Positions 1 to 13,994 of a stretch of DNA of 64,000 bases are shown piece by piece; within the stretch, counting starts at the first letter, position 1; each line of letters begins with the position of its first letter. The position numbers were made by a program, and so were the translations under genes. The notes beneath the pieces are model-generated. The model saw nothing but the letters and a program-made list of their open reading frames with translations, made no database searches and was not told where the DNA came from. Source of the DNA: Harriotta raleighana (taxonomy: Eukaryota); the NCBI GenBank assembly GCA_050575255.1, contig JBNZDD010013714.1:7660412-7724411 (forward strand). The letters run 5' to 3'.

Positions 1-91
1 CTGAGCATTGTAATTAGGCCAGATGTTTGACTTGCTTCCAATAAGCAGAATTTGCTGAAATTGCCTTTTTCCCCAAATCAGACAGAGAAAT

Positions 92-321
92 AGTGTGGGT
101 GAAACTGTATATTTGTGGGCAGCCAAATGCGCACAGCAGTGTCTCACAAACAGTCGTGAATTGAAACGACCAATTTATTATAGATTTTTTTTGGACGGAT
201 TATTATTAGGTGTGTGGAGCAAGGAAAGTTGCCCAAGGTTTCGCCCTAACCTGCCTGGATTTGCAACACAGGTTTTCACGCTTGTAAGGCAAGTGCCCCA
301 ACCACCAAGCTACAGGATTCT
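92..321 (-). mobile_element. tRNA-derived Deu-domain SINE (chimaera SINE2-1_CM-like), head plus core
   Basis: Reverse complement reads as a tRNA-like head (GTAGCTTGGTGG...CAAATCC), then GGGCGAAACCTTGGGCAACTTTCC and GTGAGACACTGCTGTGCGCATTTGGCTGCC. It aligns by eye to the copies at 26475 and 28041. Confidence 0.85.
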
Positions 322-411
322 GAATCAAGGGTGAGATCAGATGAAGTAACATAAACATTATAGAAGAATTGTTTTTCCTTTTGTACATTCCTCTCCTGAA
401 CATGGTGACTC

Positions 412-565
412 ATTTCTTTTTGGTCAGCTAGGTGTCTGACACAGACGGAAACCTATCATCTCCATGCTTAAAATTATCCCAAACCAGACCAAGAAATCCA
501 TAAGTGTATACCATCTGTGCATGGCTATTTCCCTGAATGCACTCTCTCCCTGGAGAGACACACTC
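412..565. mobile_element. Unclassified old interspersed repeat, copy 1 of 3
   Basis: TTTTGGTCAGCTAGGTGTCTGACACAGACGGAAACC... resembles 31852-31960 (same strand) and 59600-59737 (opposite strand). Confidence 0.6.
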
Positions 566-667
566 TTCTTATTTAATTCCATGAAGGATTAGGCACAGTT
601 AGGCACGAGATATGGTTTGAGGCCTCCAGAAGTGTAATTGGGGGTTCTACTGGAGTTTGACCAGCTA

Positions 668-753
668 TGTCAGCCTGGCTCAGTTGGTAGCTTTGAATCA
701 GAAGGTGGTGAGTTCAAGCCCCATGTCAAGCCTTGGTCGAGGCTGACACTTCC
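668..753 (+). mobile_element. SacSINE1-like DeuSINE 5' head fragment
   Basis: GTCAGCCTGGCTCAGTTGGTAGC...TCAGAAGGTGGTGAGTTCAAGCCCCA...AGGCTGACACT, with pol III A- and B-box-like motifs. Confidence 0.7.
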
Positions 754-3700
754 TGCATTTCAAGGCCTTCACACAATTCAAAAACTACCCACTTGAGGGC
801 AATCTTCAATGCAGTGTATTAGTTGACGAATGCATACTGTCATTTACATTGTTTAATACTGAGGCTTTTACTGAGTTCCCCAACTATTACCAAATTCTAC
901 AAACTTAATGCAAAAATTTAGATTGCTTTTTGTTTTTCTTTCAAAGCAGGAGTATCCCTGGAATAAAGGATGAGGTACAGAGGAAACTAAGCTCTGCACA
1001 GCTGTTCATTGAGCATCGGAAACTTGCAATTGTGCTCTGGATATGTTTCACAGATGTGATGCCAGCAGGTCCCCATGCTATCATCTGCTCTCACCTCAGC
1101 TTATGTTGCGGACAACAGTTGTCAATGCCTGAAGTGCTTTTAGCAAAATGTAACTGTAGGCAGAACATGCGTTAATGCTTTCAAAAGAGAAGCAGTGGTG
1201 TATCTATAGCAACAACTATTATTTGCATGTTTTGAGCGGTTTAAGATGATCTAAGATATGATGAAATATTCCAACTTAAAAAACGATATCTGAGATCTTA
1301 AGTTTATTTAGGAAAAAATGTGTGGCATATCAGATTTTTAATCAGTTATAGAATTATTTATTTGCCCTCAATTGTAGGACATGCAGTTTGTTCCCTTTAT
1401 CGAACAATTCTGATTTACAAAAAGTATTTGAAGTGAATCAGTTTATAATAACTGGACTAATCAAGTGGAACAGATCATATGGAACCTGCATGACAGCATT
1501 GGATATTCTATGGATATAAAGAACACATGGCACTATATGTATATCAATATGTATGTGACAGGGATGTACTGACTAATGAATTTTTGTCAGTCATGTGCAC
1601 CTCACTATCAAAGGGCATCTTCCATTTGGCAATTAACATGATATTGTAATATTAAAATAATCTAATTTCATGAACAAATGGTGCCTAAAGACAGGACTGG
1701 TGACTACACTGTACTAAACATGAAAATTCTTTCTGGTAACTCAGTCATAAATTCTTATTCAGGCAAATCTTCTGATTGTCTTCATTTGCCCCCAAGCATT
1801 GCAAATAACTAGTGGTAATTTGCAAATTGGTATAATTTGAGAACCAGAGAAATGATCTGTGATATTATGATACACGTTTATAGCAAGCTCAAGTTTGGAC
1901 CATTGCTGCTTTCTTATCCATACTACAACACTTTATGTGCATCATTGCTATAGATTTTTGTTCAATAAACCTAATAAATTTCTTACTCTGCTGAGTGGAG
2001 TAACAATGACAATGGGCACATCTAAGATTACACGAAAACCTTATTAAAGCTGCTGCTTGTAGCATCATGAAGAATTGCATCCCAAGTTCCCTTTAATCTC
2101 TTATTCAATAATTGACCAGAAAGTATCTCAGTCAATTGAGTGTTTTGAATTTGACCAAACATTGACTGAAAAATCCCTGGTGCTCCATTCCAGGAAGGAA
2201 GGATTCTCACTGTTAAGAAGACTGGGTAATTCTTTTCATTGTTAGTCCCTATAGCAAAATGCTATTACTTGGAGCACTTTAATGCTTTGTTTCAAAGCCA
2301 GTTCTGACCTATGGATGACGCCCTGTAAATCAATTTGATGGAATAGAACAATTCTCACAGACTAGGTTCAATGTAACTTCTTGGACTGTAGTCCGTGGGA
2401 TCACACACTCCTTATCATCTTTGACAGATGACCCACTTAAACTAGGCCACAAATTATTGAAATGGAGTTTCGGTGAGGTTTTAGCTCAGCTAGTCAAGTG
2501 TTTTGCTCCTGCTGGTTGCTGTACTCACAACCTGAGTAAGCTTTATTAGATCCGTGTTTATAGATCTGCTCAGGCTTTGCAAGGTTTGTGGTCATCAAAT
2601 TGATATTCAACTTTGTTGACGTGTTAACGAATGTCACGGCAACAATATCATTAAATGGATCCAATGTCCCCGGCACACGTCCTGAGGAATAAACTGAACA
2701 CCACTCAGCTTTGTAATAATTGGTTATTAATACTCACACAGGCCTATCACTAATCTGCCATATGAAATTGCTAGGCTGCTCTATTTTTATATTTGATTTT
2801 TGGACAGCTTGCCCTTATATTTGATGGATAATTGAAGGAAATCTGATTACGAGCAAGGTTATTTCCTCGGTTCCTTGAAAGTCTGACTTGATTTAATTTT
2901 AAGGTCTGCAAAGAATTAACACTTTATTGAGGTAGAGTGCTTTAATCAGTAAAAAAAAGCCCCTCCTTGTTTACATGCACTTGGAGAACCTCTTACTTAA
3001 AGCCGCCCCAGAGTAATTTAGAATGAGGAGGATAAAAAATAATCCCTAAATTAATTGCAATGAAAATATTGTATTTACATTTGCATTGTTAATTGTGTAC
3101 ATTTGAAATTGGAGTGTTTTTTTCAGGATGGAGATACCCCAGTAAGTGGGTAGCCTAGAATGACTAAACAAACCGCACTTTGTATCACAGATATGTTAAT
3201 AGGCGGCAAATGCTTCAGCTGTAAAAAGGCAAAGCAAACCATCTGTCTTAGCCAATTGAGGCATATTCCGTGCTGTGGACATCAACTCAGTTACATTAGC
3301 AATGTTCGCTACAAAACCAAAGGCTTTTCTGTCAAATCAGTGCGGAAAAAGATTGATGCTTTTTTTAGCAATTTCTTTCTAGTTTGTCTCACTGTAGCTA
3401 GCATATCGCCAGCTAAAAATATATTTCCGTGGGTTTCAAGTGGAAAATGTGCTGTTTACATTTTACTCCTCTAATGTCTGATGCATGTTAAGAACCTCTT
3501 TCTGACACGACACTTATCTTCAGTTGTAGGTATCTATCAGTGTAACTGGAAAAATTGATGGTTACGATGGAGCAGTGCAAGAAGTAAATAAAAAATTCAT
3601 GAAGCAAATCATTGGTTTACAGTTCCATTACTGCTTCAGCTTACACTGGAGCTGCTGGTGTGAGTGGAATCTTAATGGAATAGGGAAGATTTGTAAGGCT

Positions 3701-6137
3701 AGGATTCATCCTGCATCAGCCATTAATGTCAATATTCCCAAACTCATCATGCTCCATATTGGTAAAGGGATTCAGTGTAAGGGTCAGGTTTTATCTGGCA
3801 TTTTTTATCCCAATGAAGAACACCTTATGTTTTGTGTTATATGGTGAGGCTATTTTAAACTGATGCCTCGCAGATTTGGCAGTCGTCGAGCAATTTAACA
3901 AATTAGAGACATGGATCTTATTGGTTTCCGCTGGATTGCTGTTATCTTCTGACTCTTGGGCAGGTGAGGAAAATGAGAGCAAGAGTGAAAGTGTGAAATC
4001 CCATGACATGATTACTGATATGATGCAATGGATGTAGTGGATCACACACCACCATCTTCTCCAATATCATATTCTGCATTGTATGTGTGCCCAGACTCAA
4101 CAATTCTTGATGTGTGGAGTTCACTGTTCTGAAAAGAGCGTTGGTGGTTGGGACTTTTGGGCCTGTTGACATCTAGTTCAATTTCTACCTGGCTTTAAAG
4201 AGATAAAATATCTCCCTCCTTTACCAAAATACTGCTAATATACCACTTAATATTTTAAAATCAAAGCTACTCACGGCTGGGCCACTTTTCACGAGGTAAC
4301 AACTTCACAAAATAGTGTCAAATAGCTGTCCAGGGAAGACTTTTCACCAATTTGAATGAGACTATTTATTATATTTGCAGTTCAATCTCTATCCAATCCA
4401 TTGCCATTCTACACCCCTTCTATTTACCCCTTCTATTTCCCTTTTAACCCTTGTACGGTAAGGAAAACTGAGCATTTTAATTTTGAATTATCTAGAGTTA
4501 TTAAATGTCTGCTATGGTATTCTGATCCCAAGAAAATAATGAATACAAAAATGTACAATTTGGATTTGCTTCCTTTGCCCAAGTAGCCAATTAATTCAAA
4601 GGTTGCACGTTGTCATGAGCCAAGTTAATGAAACGAAAACCGAGGTGCTGAGTTATACAAATTGAAAACCAAGCTAAAGGATGAGTTGAGTTGAGACAGT
4701 CCACAAATCAAAAGTCAGACAAAGAGTAAGATATTACAGGAAGTGCCAGAGTGCAAATGTGCTAAACCCTGCCACTTCACGAGATCAGATGGATGGGATT
4801 TTAAAACGCTTTTCTCTGACGTCTGTTTAAGATTTCTAAATTTAACTATGTTAAGGTAAAGGTTTTATGCATTGTTGGGTGCCTCAATCTTTTGCACATA
4901 ATTTTTTTTTCACATTCCGAATTGCAGATTGATTTCGCCAAACTGTTCATGTTCTCTTTTAGTAAAGCTCTTGGATATGATACTTAAACATCACAAATTT
5001 GCTGTCAGATAGCTGGAAACAAGCTCTGATTAAATAAGAAATATGCTCTCGGGCACTAAGCAAGTCACTGGTTCACATTTTTAGCTATGTGAATGTGGCA
5101 TAGTCAATATTAAGCTGAAAATATTGAACAGTCCTCGTCTTTCTGTGGTTAGGCTGCACATATGCTGGAAACATCAGCAATGATTGATGTTGAAGAAGAT
5201 ATTTTATGTGATTCACATTCTAATGTAACAAAAAAGGTGCTGTATTAATGAATATTCCTGAAGGTACAAAAGTGTAAATTCACAAAACCACGTGATGCTT
5301 TTAACTGAAGTTCAACAGCAGAGACTGTAATGGCAATTCTCACAGGATCTGAAAAATACTGTGAAATGAAGAGAAAGTAGCAAACTAATGACTTTAAGGA
5401 AGCAGAAAAGAACAATACTTACTACAGTATTCTGGCATGGCATAACATCTTGTAAAAGTAGAAGGCTACTCTTTAATTAGTTCTGGGTGCTCAAAATAAT
5501 TAATCATGAATAGCTGACAACTCCTGTAAATGTAATACCTACAAAATGAGTGATAATGGTAAATCACTGAAGCATTTATTAATAGCTTACATTGGATGAT
5601 CACAGAGACACACAAGGTCATCATTTACTTTCTTGCAGTGGCCCACAATAGAATTAGATCTGTTTCTGTCCATCTCAATTTTCCTTTCTATATCTATCAA
5701 ATATTTAGTCTACAGTATAGCAAAAATCAATATAATGATATAGTATGCTTCCCACTTGAAGATATTGCTATGTTTTTATTTAAAATGTATCAATGTATAT
5801 GAAAGTAACTTTATAAAATCTCTCTGACAATAAAAACAAGCTAGAGCATTTTTATTCGCTTAGGTTTGAACCAAGTGTGTTGCATTTTTGCAATAAATTT
5901 GCAATAAATTATTTCGAACAATTTATATTGCACGTGATCTTTCAGTTAACATTGCCACGTCAGTCATTGATTTACTTTTAATTAAATCCATTTAACATTG
6001 TGAATAAAATGGGATCCATTCAAGCAGACAGCAGAACAGATTGAGTGGATGGAGAACAGGAACAATACAGCTTAAGTATGGACTGAAAAACAAAGGATGC
6101 GTTCCTGAAAATCAATGTAGGAGCAAGCTAATTCAAA

Positions 6138-6365
6138 TAACAACAATATCTTGCATTAAAATGCATTAATACAGTACTACTCTTTACCTAGGATAACTTC
6201 TAGGAACGCTTCACACGCATGAGGCAGGACACAAGCAAGCAAGGAGGGGAAAGGTTTGGGGTGAGGTAACCATATGTAGCAATCGTCAATGAGGTTTTTT
6301 TTAAAGATGGATTTAAAGAGAGATAGAGTGGGGTGAGATGGAGGAATAAATGGTGTTCCGGACAT
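6138..6365 (-). mobile_element. L2 LINE 3' fragment, degraded
   Basis: Reverse tail AACAACAAT..TTGCATT followed by a purine-rich reverse L2 3' end (SLFKSIFKKNL-like residues on the minus strand). Confidence 0.55.
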
Positions 6366-6869
6366 TAATTGTGCACAGATATTTTACTTTGGCTACATTA
6401 CCTACCAGCGATAGAGGGCAATCTGAGAGTCAGAATAGCAGCTGATGCTTGTTCTGCTGGATGTAAGATGATAGTGTGGTGTTCTAGGATCACCAGCTCC
6501 ATATGCTTCCTTTCACTGTTAATATTATAGTCACATTGCATGGGGTAGACATTGAACTTGCATAGTTTTTATGATAGCCTGTTGGCTGTGTTAAACAGCG
6601 CGAAAGTTGCATGATGGGAATGTTCTCGACTTCAGAAAAAAAGCGTTATCGTTCGTCATGGAAACTAAGGTTGTGGAAATGTAGCAAAACTGGAAGTGGA
6701 AAAATCAGTCGTCACTTAAGAAAACATTTTGTAAGAAAAATGCTTTAACAATAAAAAAGAGAGAAGAGGGATATGAATTGTGTCAGAATGGTAATTGGCA
6801 GACCTGATGTGGGTGGGAGGCTTTCTAAAATGTTCTCTGCAGCCCATTTCCTCTACTCTCTGGGAGCCT

Positions 6870-7326
6870 ATCTCCCTTATTCTTGCCCAACTCCATTGGC
6901 TTCCCATCACTCAGAGGATTCAATTCAAGATCCTGGTTCTCGCCTTTAATGCCTTCCATGGCTTTGCTCTGTGACCACCTAACACCCTACCAACCTGTCC
7001 ATTCCCTCTGCTCAGCGGGCTCGGCCTGCTCCCTGTCCCCCAACCCACCCGCCTCACCATCGGCGGGTGAACCTTCAGCCACTCTGTTTCCAACCTTTGA
7101 AATTCCATCCCGCAATCGCCCCACTGCACCCCCTTCCCTGACCTCCTTCAAAACCTGCCTCAAGAGCCTCCTCTTCAACCATGCCATCGGTCATCCCGCT
7201 TCCCCTCCTGTCTCTCCACCCTCCCCGATCCTGACTCCAGCTCGGGTCTGAAACACTGACTGTCCAGAGCCTTGAGACATCCTTCTGATGTGAAAGGCTC
7301 TATACAAATGTAATTTTGTTGTTGTT
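6870..7326 (+). mobile_element. L2 LINE 3' end (RT C-terminus remnant, 3'UTR and tail)
   Basis: Translates as ILAQLHWLPITQRIQFKILVLAFNAFHG (L2 LHWLP motif) and SFKTCLKSLLF. Ends CTTGAGACATCC..TGTGAAAGGCTCTATACAAATGTAATT(TTG)n. Confidence 0.9.
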
Positions 7327-8699
7327 GAAAAATTAGACCTCACAAATTGGGCACTTTGTTTGTTCATGTGCTAAACAATGAATGCATAAAGATACGAGAA
7401 TGTTCAGAGCAGGAAAAGGCAATCATGGTTCAAAATATAAAATAATAATCCATCCATTTGATATAGTGCCGTATCAGTATCAAAATAAAATGGGAATCAT
7501 CCACTACTCCATCCCTCATTGCTCTTAGTAAGATTCCTATGAGAAATGTTACATTAAAAAATGTATCTGCACTCATGTCCACTGTCAAAAGTGTTGACAA
7601 ACACGTGGTTAATACAAAATCTACATCCATACTTTTAAAATCATCATTCATTCATTTCATTAGCATTTAAACATTCATTTTAGTGATTGTATCTTTTTTA
7701 AAGCAGGATTGGTATATTTATCGCAAAATTATACTGTGTAGATTTACATGCAAGTAAAAAGCAGGTTTGGAGTAGAGGTTTACAGGTCATTTTAGCAAAT
7801 CGCAAGATCTTTGATCTTTGGTCTGATTTCACACATAGCATGTGCTGAAGAGAAACAATTTTTTAAAAATATCAATTGCTAAATTGATTACTACAACCTG
7901 AAAATCATTGCTGATCACTGACTTGTTCTTTCACTTTCATCTGCAAATGTTATTTTATTACCTTTTCTGCCAATGTGTCAATTCTGATGAACAGGCCTTT
8001 ACAACTTTCTTTATTTGCATCCAACATAATTTGCCTGTTAATGTATTTGTGCAGTGATATGATTAATTGTCACCCTAAGTAAGAGCTAAAAAGTTCAAAG
8101 TGTTATTATCAATCAATGCCTACCTAACAGCTATTACAGGTTAAGGAGAAAAGATACTCAAATCATTTTAAACTGGGTTTGTATTTCAGACTATTGCAGT
8201 CCATACATTCAGTGGAATAGGATACACATAAAACTAAGTCTAATGTTTGGAAGAACCTAATTGTATAGGTTGCACAAGGGCATCTTACAAAGTTTTGACA
8301 TTGAGATGTGGTCGCACAATAAATTCAGGTTTTCCTGAATTGAGGGTCTGGGGATGAGGAGACGTTTTTTTGTTCATGAGTGTGCACGTGTCATGATATT
8401 CAACACACATGTTGATCTATGACGACAAGAACAACAACTTGCAATCATACAGCACCCTTCATGTGGGATAGCATCTTGGAGTCCTCAGCATTTAACAACA
8501 TTGGGGAAAGGAGAAAATGGCCTGATCTGTGCTTCATTTTCTTCAATGAGTGTGTCCATGAAATGACAAACGGTGTAGTTTTGGGGAGCAAGAATGTGTA
8601 AGCGGTTCTCTCTCTCCTGGTTTCTAGCCCTGAATAGCTGAGATGTATGAAAAACTCACACTTTAGCCACTTGAGCCTTCCACTTTCTCTAATCTATTT

Positions 8700-8866
8700 A
8701 GGTGTGCTGACGTTTTTCACCGCACAACGTTCTACATTTAAAAAAATGCTGTTATACACAAACTTCACCCACAAAATCCACAGTGAATTCACTATATTCT
8801 GTGAAGTGCTTTGAAATGTCTCGAAGATGTGATAAGGTGTTCTATCAAATGTAAGGATTATTATTA
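8700..8866 (+). mobile_element. SINE2-1_CM-like 3' half
   Basis: TATATTCTGTGAAGTGCTTTGAAATGTCTCGAAGATGTGATAAGG..TCAAATGTAAGGATTATTATT tail. Confidence 0.8.
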
Positions 8867-10921
8867 AACTCTATATTTTTCTAATGAAATTTTGATCCAG
8901 TTGTGCTTCATTTTACATGTTGATACTAACAAGCTTCTAGCTCGAAGATACGGTATCTATCAAGATTGATTGCCTAACTCAAGGTGAAGGTATTTAATTT
9001 ATTTCAACTGTTTCAACTAATTCAGTGAGGTGGCGTAGGGTGCGGGGGAAGGGGGGGAAGAGGAATCATGCATAATGCTTGTGACATTTGTCTGAATCAA
9101 TATAGTAATGGCAATATTGTGGGAATCCACTTATTTGAGTAATTCCCTATGAATCTCATTTCACTTCACTGACATAATACTGTACTGCACTTGCTTAGTC
9201 AGTGTTGGTACTTTACTGCATGAAGGTCTGTTCATATGCAGGATTTTCGCTTTCCTGACCGATTAAAAATAATGGGATTTGAGTGCATATTATTTTACCA
9301 TCAAGAAATTAATAGAATTAGTTGCTACTCCCCCTCCTTTAAATTCTCACTAGTGGCAAAATATACCTTTGTGAAATTGCATACAGAGTGTCTATGAAAG
9401 CAACTTTAAAAGAAGCGTAGATTTTCTTAACCGCTCTTCAGCACCACTGAGGCCCAGGGAAGATTGCACAGTAATTTAATTCACAACGAAGCAACATTTG
9501 ATGTTAGTGTCAAAAATATCAAGAGACAGAATCTAGGAAGTGTTATAAAGCTGACACTTCAGTACAATGTATAGATTTTCATGCAATGAACAGTTTCAAT
9601 GCTTAAATTTCTTGTGAAAGTTTTACATAGAATGTTATAAAGAGGAAAAGCAAGGATTTTCCACAAATAATGCCAATTACCTAGTGGATTAATTCTCCAT
9701 TGGTTACAATATTTCTTCCTAATAAAATATGTTTGTTTTCACCACTTGTATTAGATGAAGTAATTGTGTGCCTAATACTTGTCCAGCAATCAAATGATGT
9801 AGAACAGTGAGTGAGCAGTTTTGAGCCAAGAACTGACATACTAGCTTTATAATGATTTATTCACATCCATCTGTTACACCTGCCCATCAATCACAAGACC
9901 CATTTGTCAATATTGTTTTAAATACATATTTTTCTGCAGCTAATTTGCTAATCTGGATTCTAATTTACTGTCTGTGCTGCTTTTCATTCCAAACCTGAAT
10001 TCACTTTTTAATACACAGATATTATCTGAAATGCTACTGGACTAATGCAATGGTATAAGTTTGAACAACGCTTGCATTGCTGAGCCTATTATTGTACAAT
10101 TTTCAATTCGGGTGATGCTTTTTATTGTGATCTGTATTGCACTGAATGCTGAATTATTGATGAAGAGATAAGATATCTGTCCCAGAAATGTAAAATGCAA
10201 TCAATCCAAATCCTTTCTTCAGGTTAATATATTAATCTCCGCAGAGGAATGAACTGAAACTACTGCAATTATTTAGTTTAGCTTAGATTTTCCTGGTAAA
10301 TTAGACATCAGAACTGTATACATTTATTAATTGATGGACTCTGTGGTTTAATGGGAAAGGTGGTGTCATTATTTTTCCAAATATACAGTAGAACAAATGT
10401 ACTCACATTCCAATACTGACTGTATTATTGGAGAATGGCCTTCAGTTTTGTTTCGTAAACTTCAGAGCTACTGAAACTAGAAAATAAAACGCTCAAATTC
10501 TTATTGTAATATTATGGATTTCTGTATTCAAATACAGATATTATATTACCATTAATATATTCACTCTCAAAAGAAAAAAAATCTATTTTATTTGAGAAAT
10601 ACTTGCTAAAGTCCAGTAGAAATATTTCACTTATGATAATGAGAGCTTGCCTGATAACACTCTGCAATTTTACATTGCAAAAATAGGGGTCAACATTATA
10701 TTTGCCACTCTTGGCTTAACCAATACTAAATGCATTTTGAGAGCTATAGCCATAACAATCTAGTACTTATTCTTCAGGTAATATGAATACCTTTATGCTA
10801 TATCTTCACACTGTATTTCTGATGGAGTTCTAGAGAGAAAATTTAAAGGGGCATTGCCTAAAAAAAACTTTCTTAAAATCTAACAATCTCTATATTGGTC
10901 CATAAGTACTACAAATTCAAC

Positions 10922-11105
10922 TATAATAATAAATAATAATAATAATCCTTGCATTTGATATAGCGCTTTTCACATCTACTGGATGTCTCAAATGCTTCAT
11001 AGAATATACTGTAAAGTGTAAATTTTGTGGGTGAAACATGGCAGACAATTGCGCACAGCAGTGTCCCATAAACAATTGTGGATTCAAATGACCAATTTAT
11101 TATTA
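10922..11105 (-). mobile_element. SINE2-1_CM-like core and tail
   Basis: (AAT)n-CCTTGCATTTGATATAGCGCTTTTCAC...CAATTGCGCACAGCAGTGTCCCA...ATGACCAATTTATT. Confidence 0.9.
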
Positions 11106-13994
11106 TTTAAGGAATTTCCAAAATAGCATGGCATATCATTCAGGGGAAATTAACTAAGGCATTGTTTGTCAAGCAAAGAGATCAGTCAGGTCGCTAGTTG
11201 TTATACGCAGAGAAAAGGTGGTGGGAGGCATTGGACTTCAAGGGGGAATGAGATAGAAGAATTTTACAATAATACCAATAATCGAGAATGTTCCATGAAC
11301 AGTTATCCAGCAGTTAGAACCACTTATTCTGCAGACCCTGAAGTGGAGGAATTAGCAGGCTGAAGGCCAATGTGAGAAAATATGTTGCTATTTTGCTACC
11401 ATCAGTTTTCATGTCTTCATTCTCTCTGTAACAGTTCAGGGCAGACTCTATCCCCAGTACTACATACATGGTGAATGGGCCATTGCTAAATAGCAATAAC
11501 ATTAACAGTGATAACATGTATTCATTGATTTACATACAGTATAATGAATCAGTGTAGTGATACCCTTTCATGACTCATGGTCATGAGTTTAGTTTTCTGC
11601 AAAGAAATGAAAGTCACATACTGTTGTTAGTCTCTTTATTGTAATTCACTGCTATGTACAACATGTTTGAAAGTAGCAAAATTATTGTTTTTACCAGCTG
11701 AAGAAGACAGAGAGCTATTTGTTAAGACCCTGTTCTACATTCAGATTGTATCCTGTGCTTTTCAATCAGTTGAAGGACTGGAAAAGCTTAGTACAGTAAT
11801 GTGATTTGTGCTCTAATTTCCTAGTTTGGCCACTGAAGGAAAATGAGAGGCAATTGTACACTACAGGAGTGAAAATTAAATAGTTTTTGTCAAGTAGATG
11901 GCTATCTGGCCATTTCATTTGAGATTCTAATTTCATCTGAAATATATCCTTCCTATTGAGAGTATTGAATTTCAGAATTATTTAATTATGCTTTTCACAA
12001 TGCAAAGCACTTTAATCAGCAACCTCCCAGTCACTGTTGATTTCTTTAATGTATTCAGAAATAACATTAAAATTTAACAATCCAAGACATTGCTTTGTTC
12101 TCAGATCAAGAAGGTCATAGATACTTCCTAATTGGCTGTGATTATAATAAAATGTTGTAATTAAAAACACATTGCTACAAGTTACATTTCCTCCTCTTTT
12201 GTTACCATTGTTGCCTTTTGAATGAGTGTCAATTTGGTTTTATAACATCCAGAGATTTGCCTTTTAATCTGTATTTTAAGGCTGAGTTAGTACGTAGATC
12301 CTAACTTTGTAGACAATTTGATCTGAGCACATGTTGCAATCTCATTTTGGTAGAAGCCAGAATCAATTATATAAAATATATTGATTATATAAAAATAACT
12401 TTTCACTTCTGCAGTTTATACCCAGTGGTAACAACATGTGATTTTGTGCCAGTTAACTGTACGTATGGTATTATATGTTATGTTATAGTCCATTGTATTA
12501 TGAACTCAGCATAGGTATGTGGAATGTTGTACTTATAAAAACTTTATTTGGATTATCATAATGTGAAGTACCTGCAATATAATTAAGTACAGTACTTTCC
12601 AAACATGACGCAGATTATAAACACAGTAAATTTCTAATATTCATTTAATGAAAATAATGAATCAAAAACGACACAGCAATTTGTCTTCTTAAAAGCTAAA
12701 AGTACTAATCTTCATGCAGGCAACAAAGAGTCTACAAATGCATAAAATTATTAGATTCAGTGATTTCAATTTGCCTACAATATATTCCAAATAAGTGTAT
12801 TAATATTGCTCAATTTCTCATAAGGTCTCAAAAACATGAAGACTAAAAATGGATTTTAAAAATCCTCTGAAATGTATTCAGCAAAACGTATCTTAATTCA
12901 TTTCATAACCTTTTAACCTATGGTACTTCTGGATTTAAGATGATCTACTGATCATTTATTTAACTGGACGATATCAGAGTGAAATGTACAATTCCCCATA
13001 TATTGCTTTCAAGTCTGTATGAGAAGCATCCGTGACTGATCAACTACAATGATCTTATGGCTTTAACTGTTGACTATGTGACTAGTAAGCTGATCCATCA
13101 TGATATGAGACTGAGGACAGTACACAAAAAAAAGCAACGGAGAGCTGGTGAAATTAATACTGAACTCTATATCAGTGGTGTACTGCAATTCAGGGCTGTT
13201 GGCAGTGACATGTTCACATTTTCAATCACTTTCCACCAGCAGATATAGAAGCTAAGCTGATTTAGACCAGCTCAGATGAAAATGTAAGCTTATTGATTCA
13301 GCTAACCACATTACTTCATGCCAGACTTCGTATGTTTGTTCTCTCTCACTTCCAATTGGAAGAGCGAGAATATTTTCAGTGGTTGGATCCGTTTAACTGT
13401 TGACCACTTCATTTTAAAAAAAACTTTCTGAATCCTAAACTAGCACATATGGTGTCTTCAAGAGTCTTTCAATAAAATCTTTGATCCTATTGTATATTCT
13501 CCCTTCCCTCCGTACATTTTCTTTGTCGGTGGACCTGTCTTGATATTGTTACCCTGAAATGTGACCTTCATCCATGCCCTCTGCCTGTAACTATGTAGAA
13601 CATTCTGAACGCTATTCAGTGCCTTCCTCTGACTGAACATGAGCCTTATTAGAAATAGTGACAGTCAGCACTGAACCTTAGTATGGTGACCTCCTGGTCA
13701 AATAGATATGTCCTTGCCAGTTTACACTGCTACCTGCTCCTTTATTTCCACTTATTTTCTGATGGATGTAACATGCGTTGGCAATGTCTTACTCAGCGTA
13801 GAGATATGTTCTCTTCCCAATAAGCCTAATCGAACTCACCGGTTGGCATAAATGATGTTTAAAATACAATCTTAAAGAGTATTGAAATTATCTACATTGC
13901 CAGGTTTTTGGGCAGCTAAACTGTCATTGTGGGCAGTCAAAGAGAAAGAGGAAATGTATGATGTGGCAAATGCAATGGGCTGTACCATTTTAGT

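Noticed and set aside
9436-9456. TTCAGCACCAC, REST/NRSE left half
   Set aside because: The right half GGACAG is absent, so it is a half site only.
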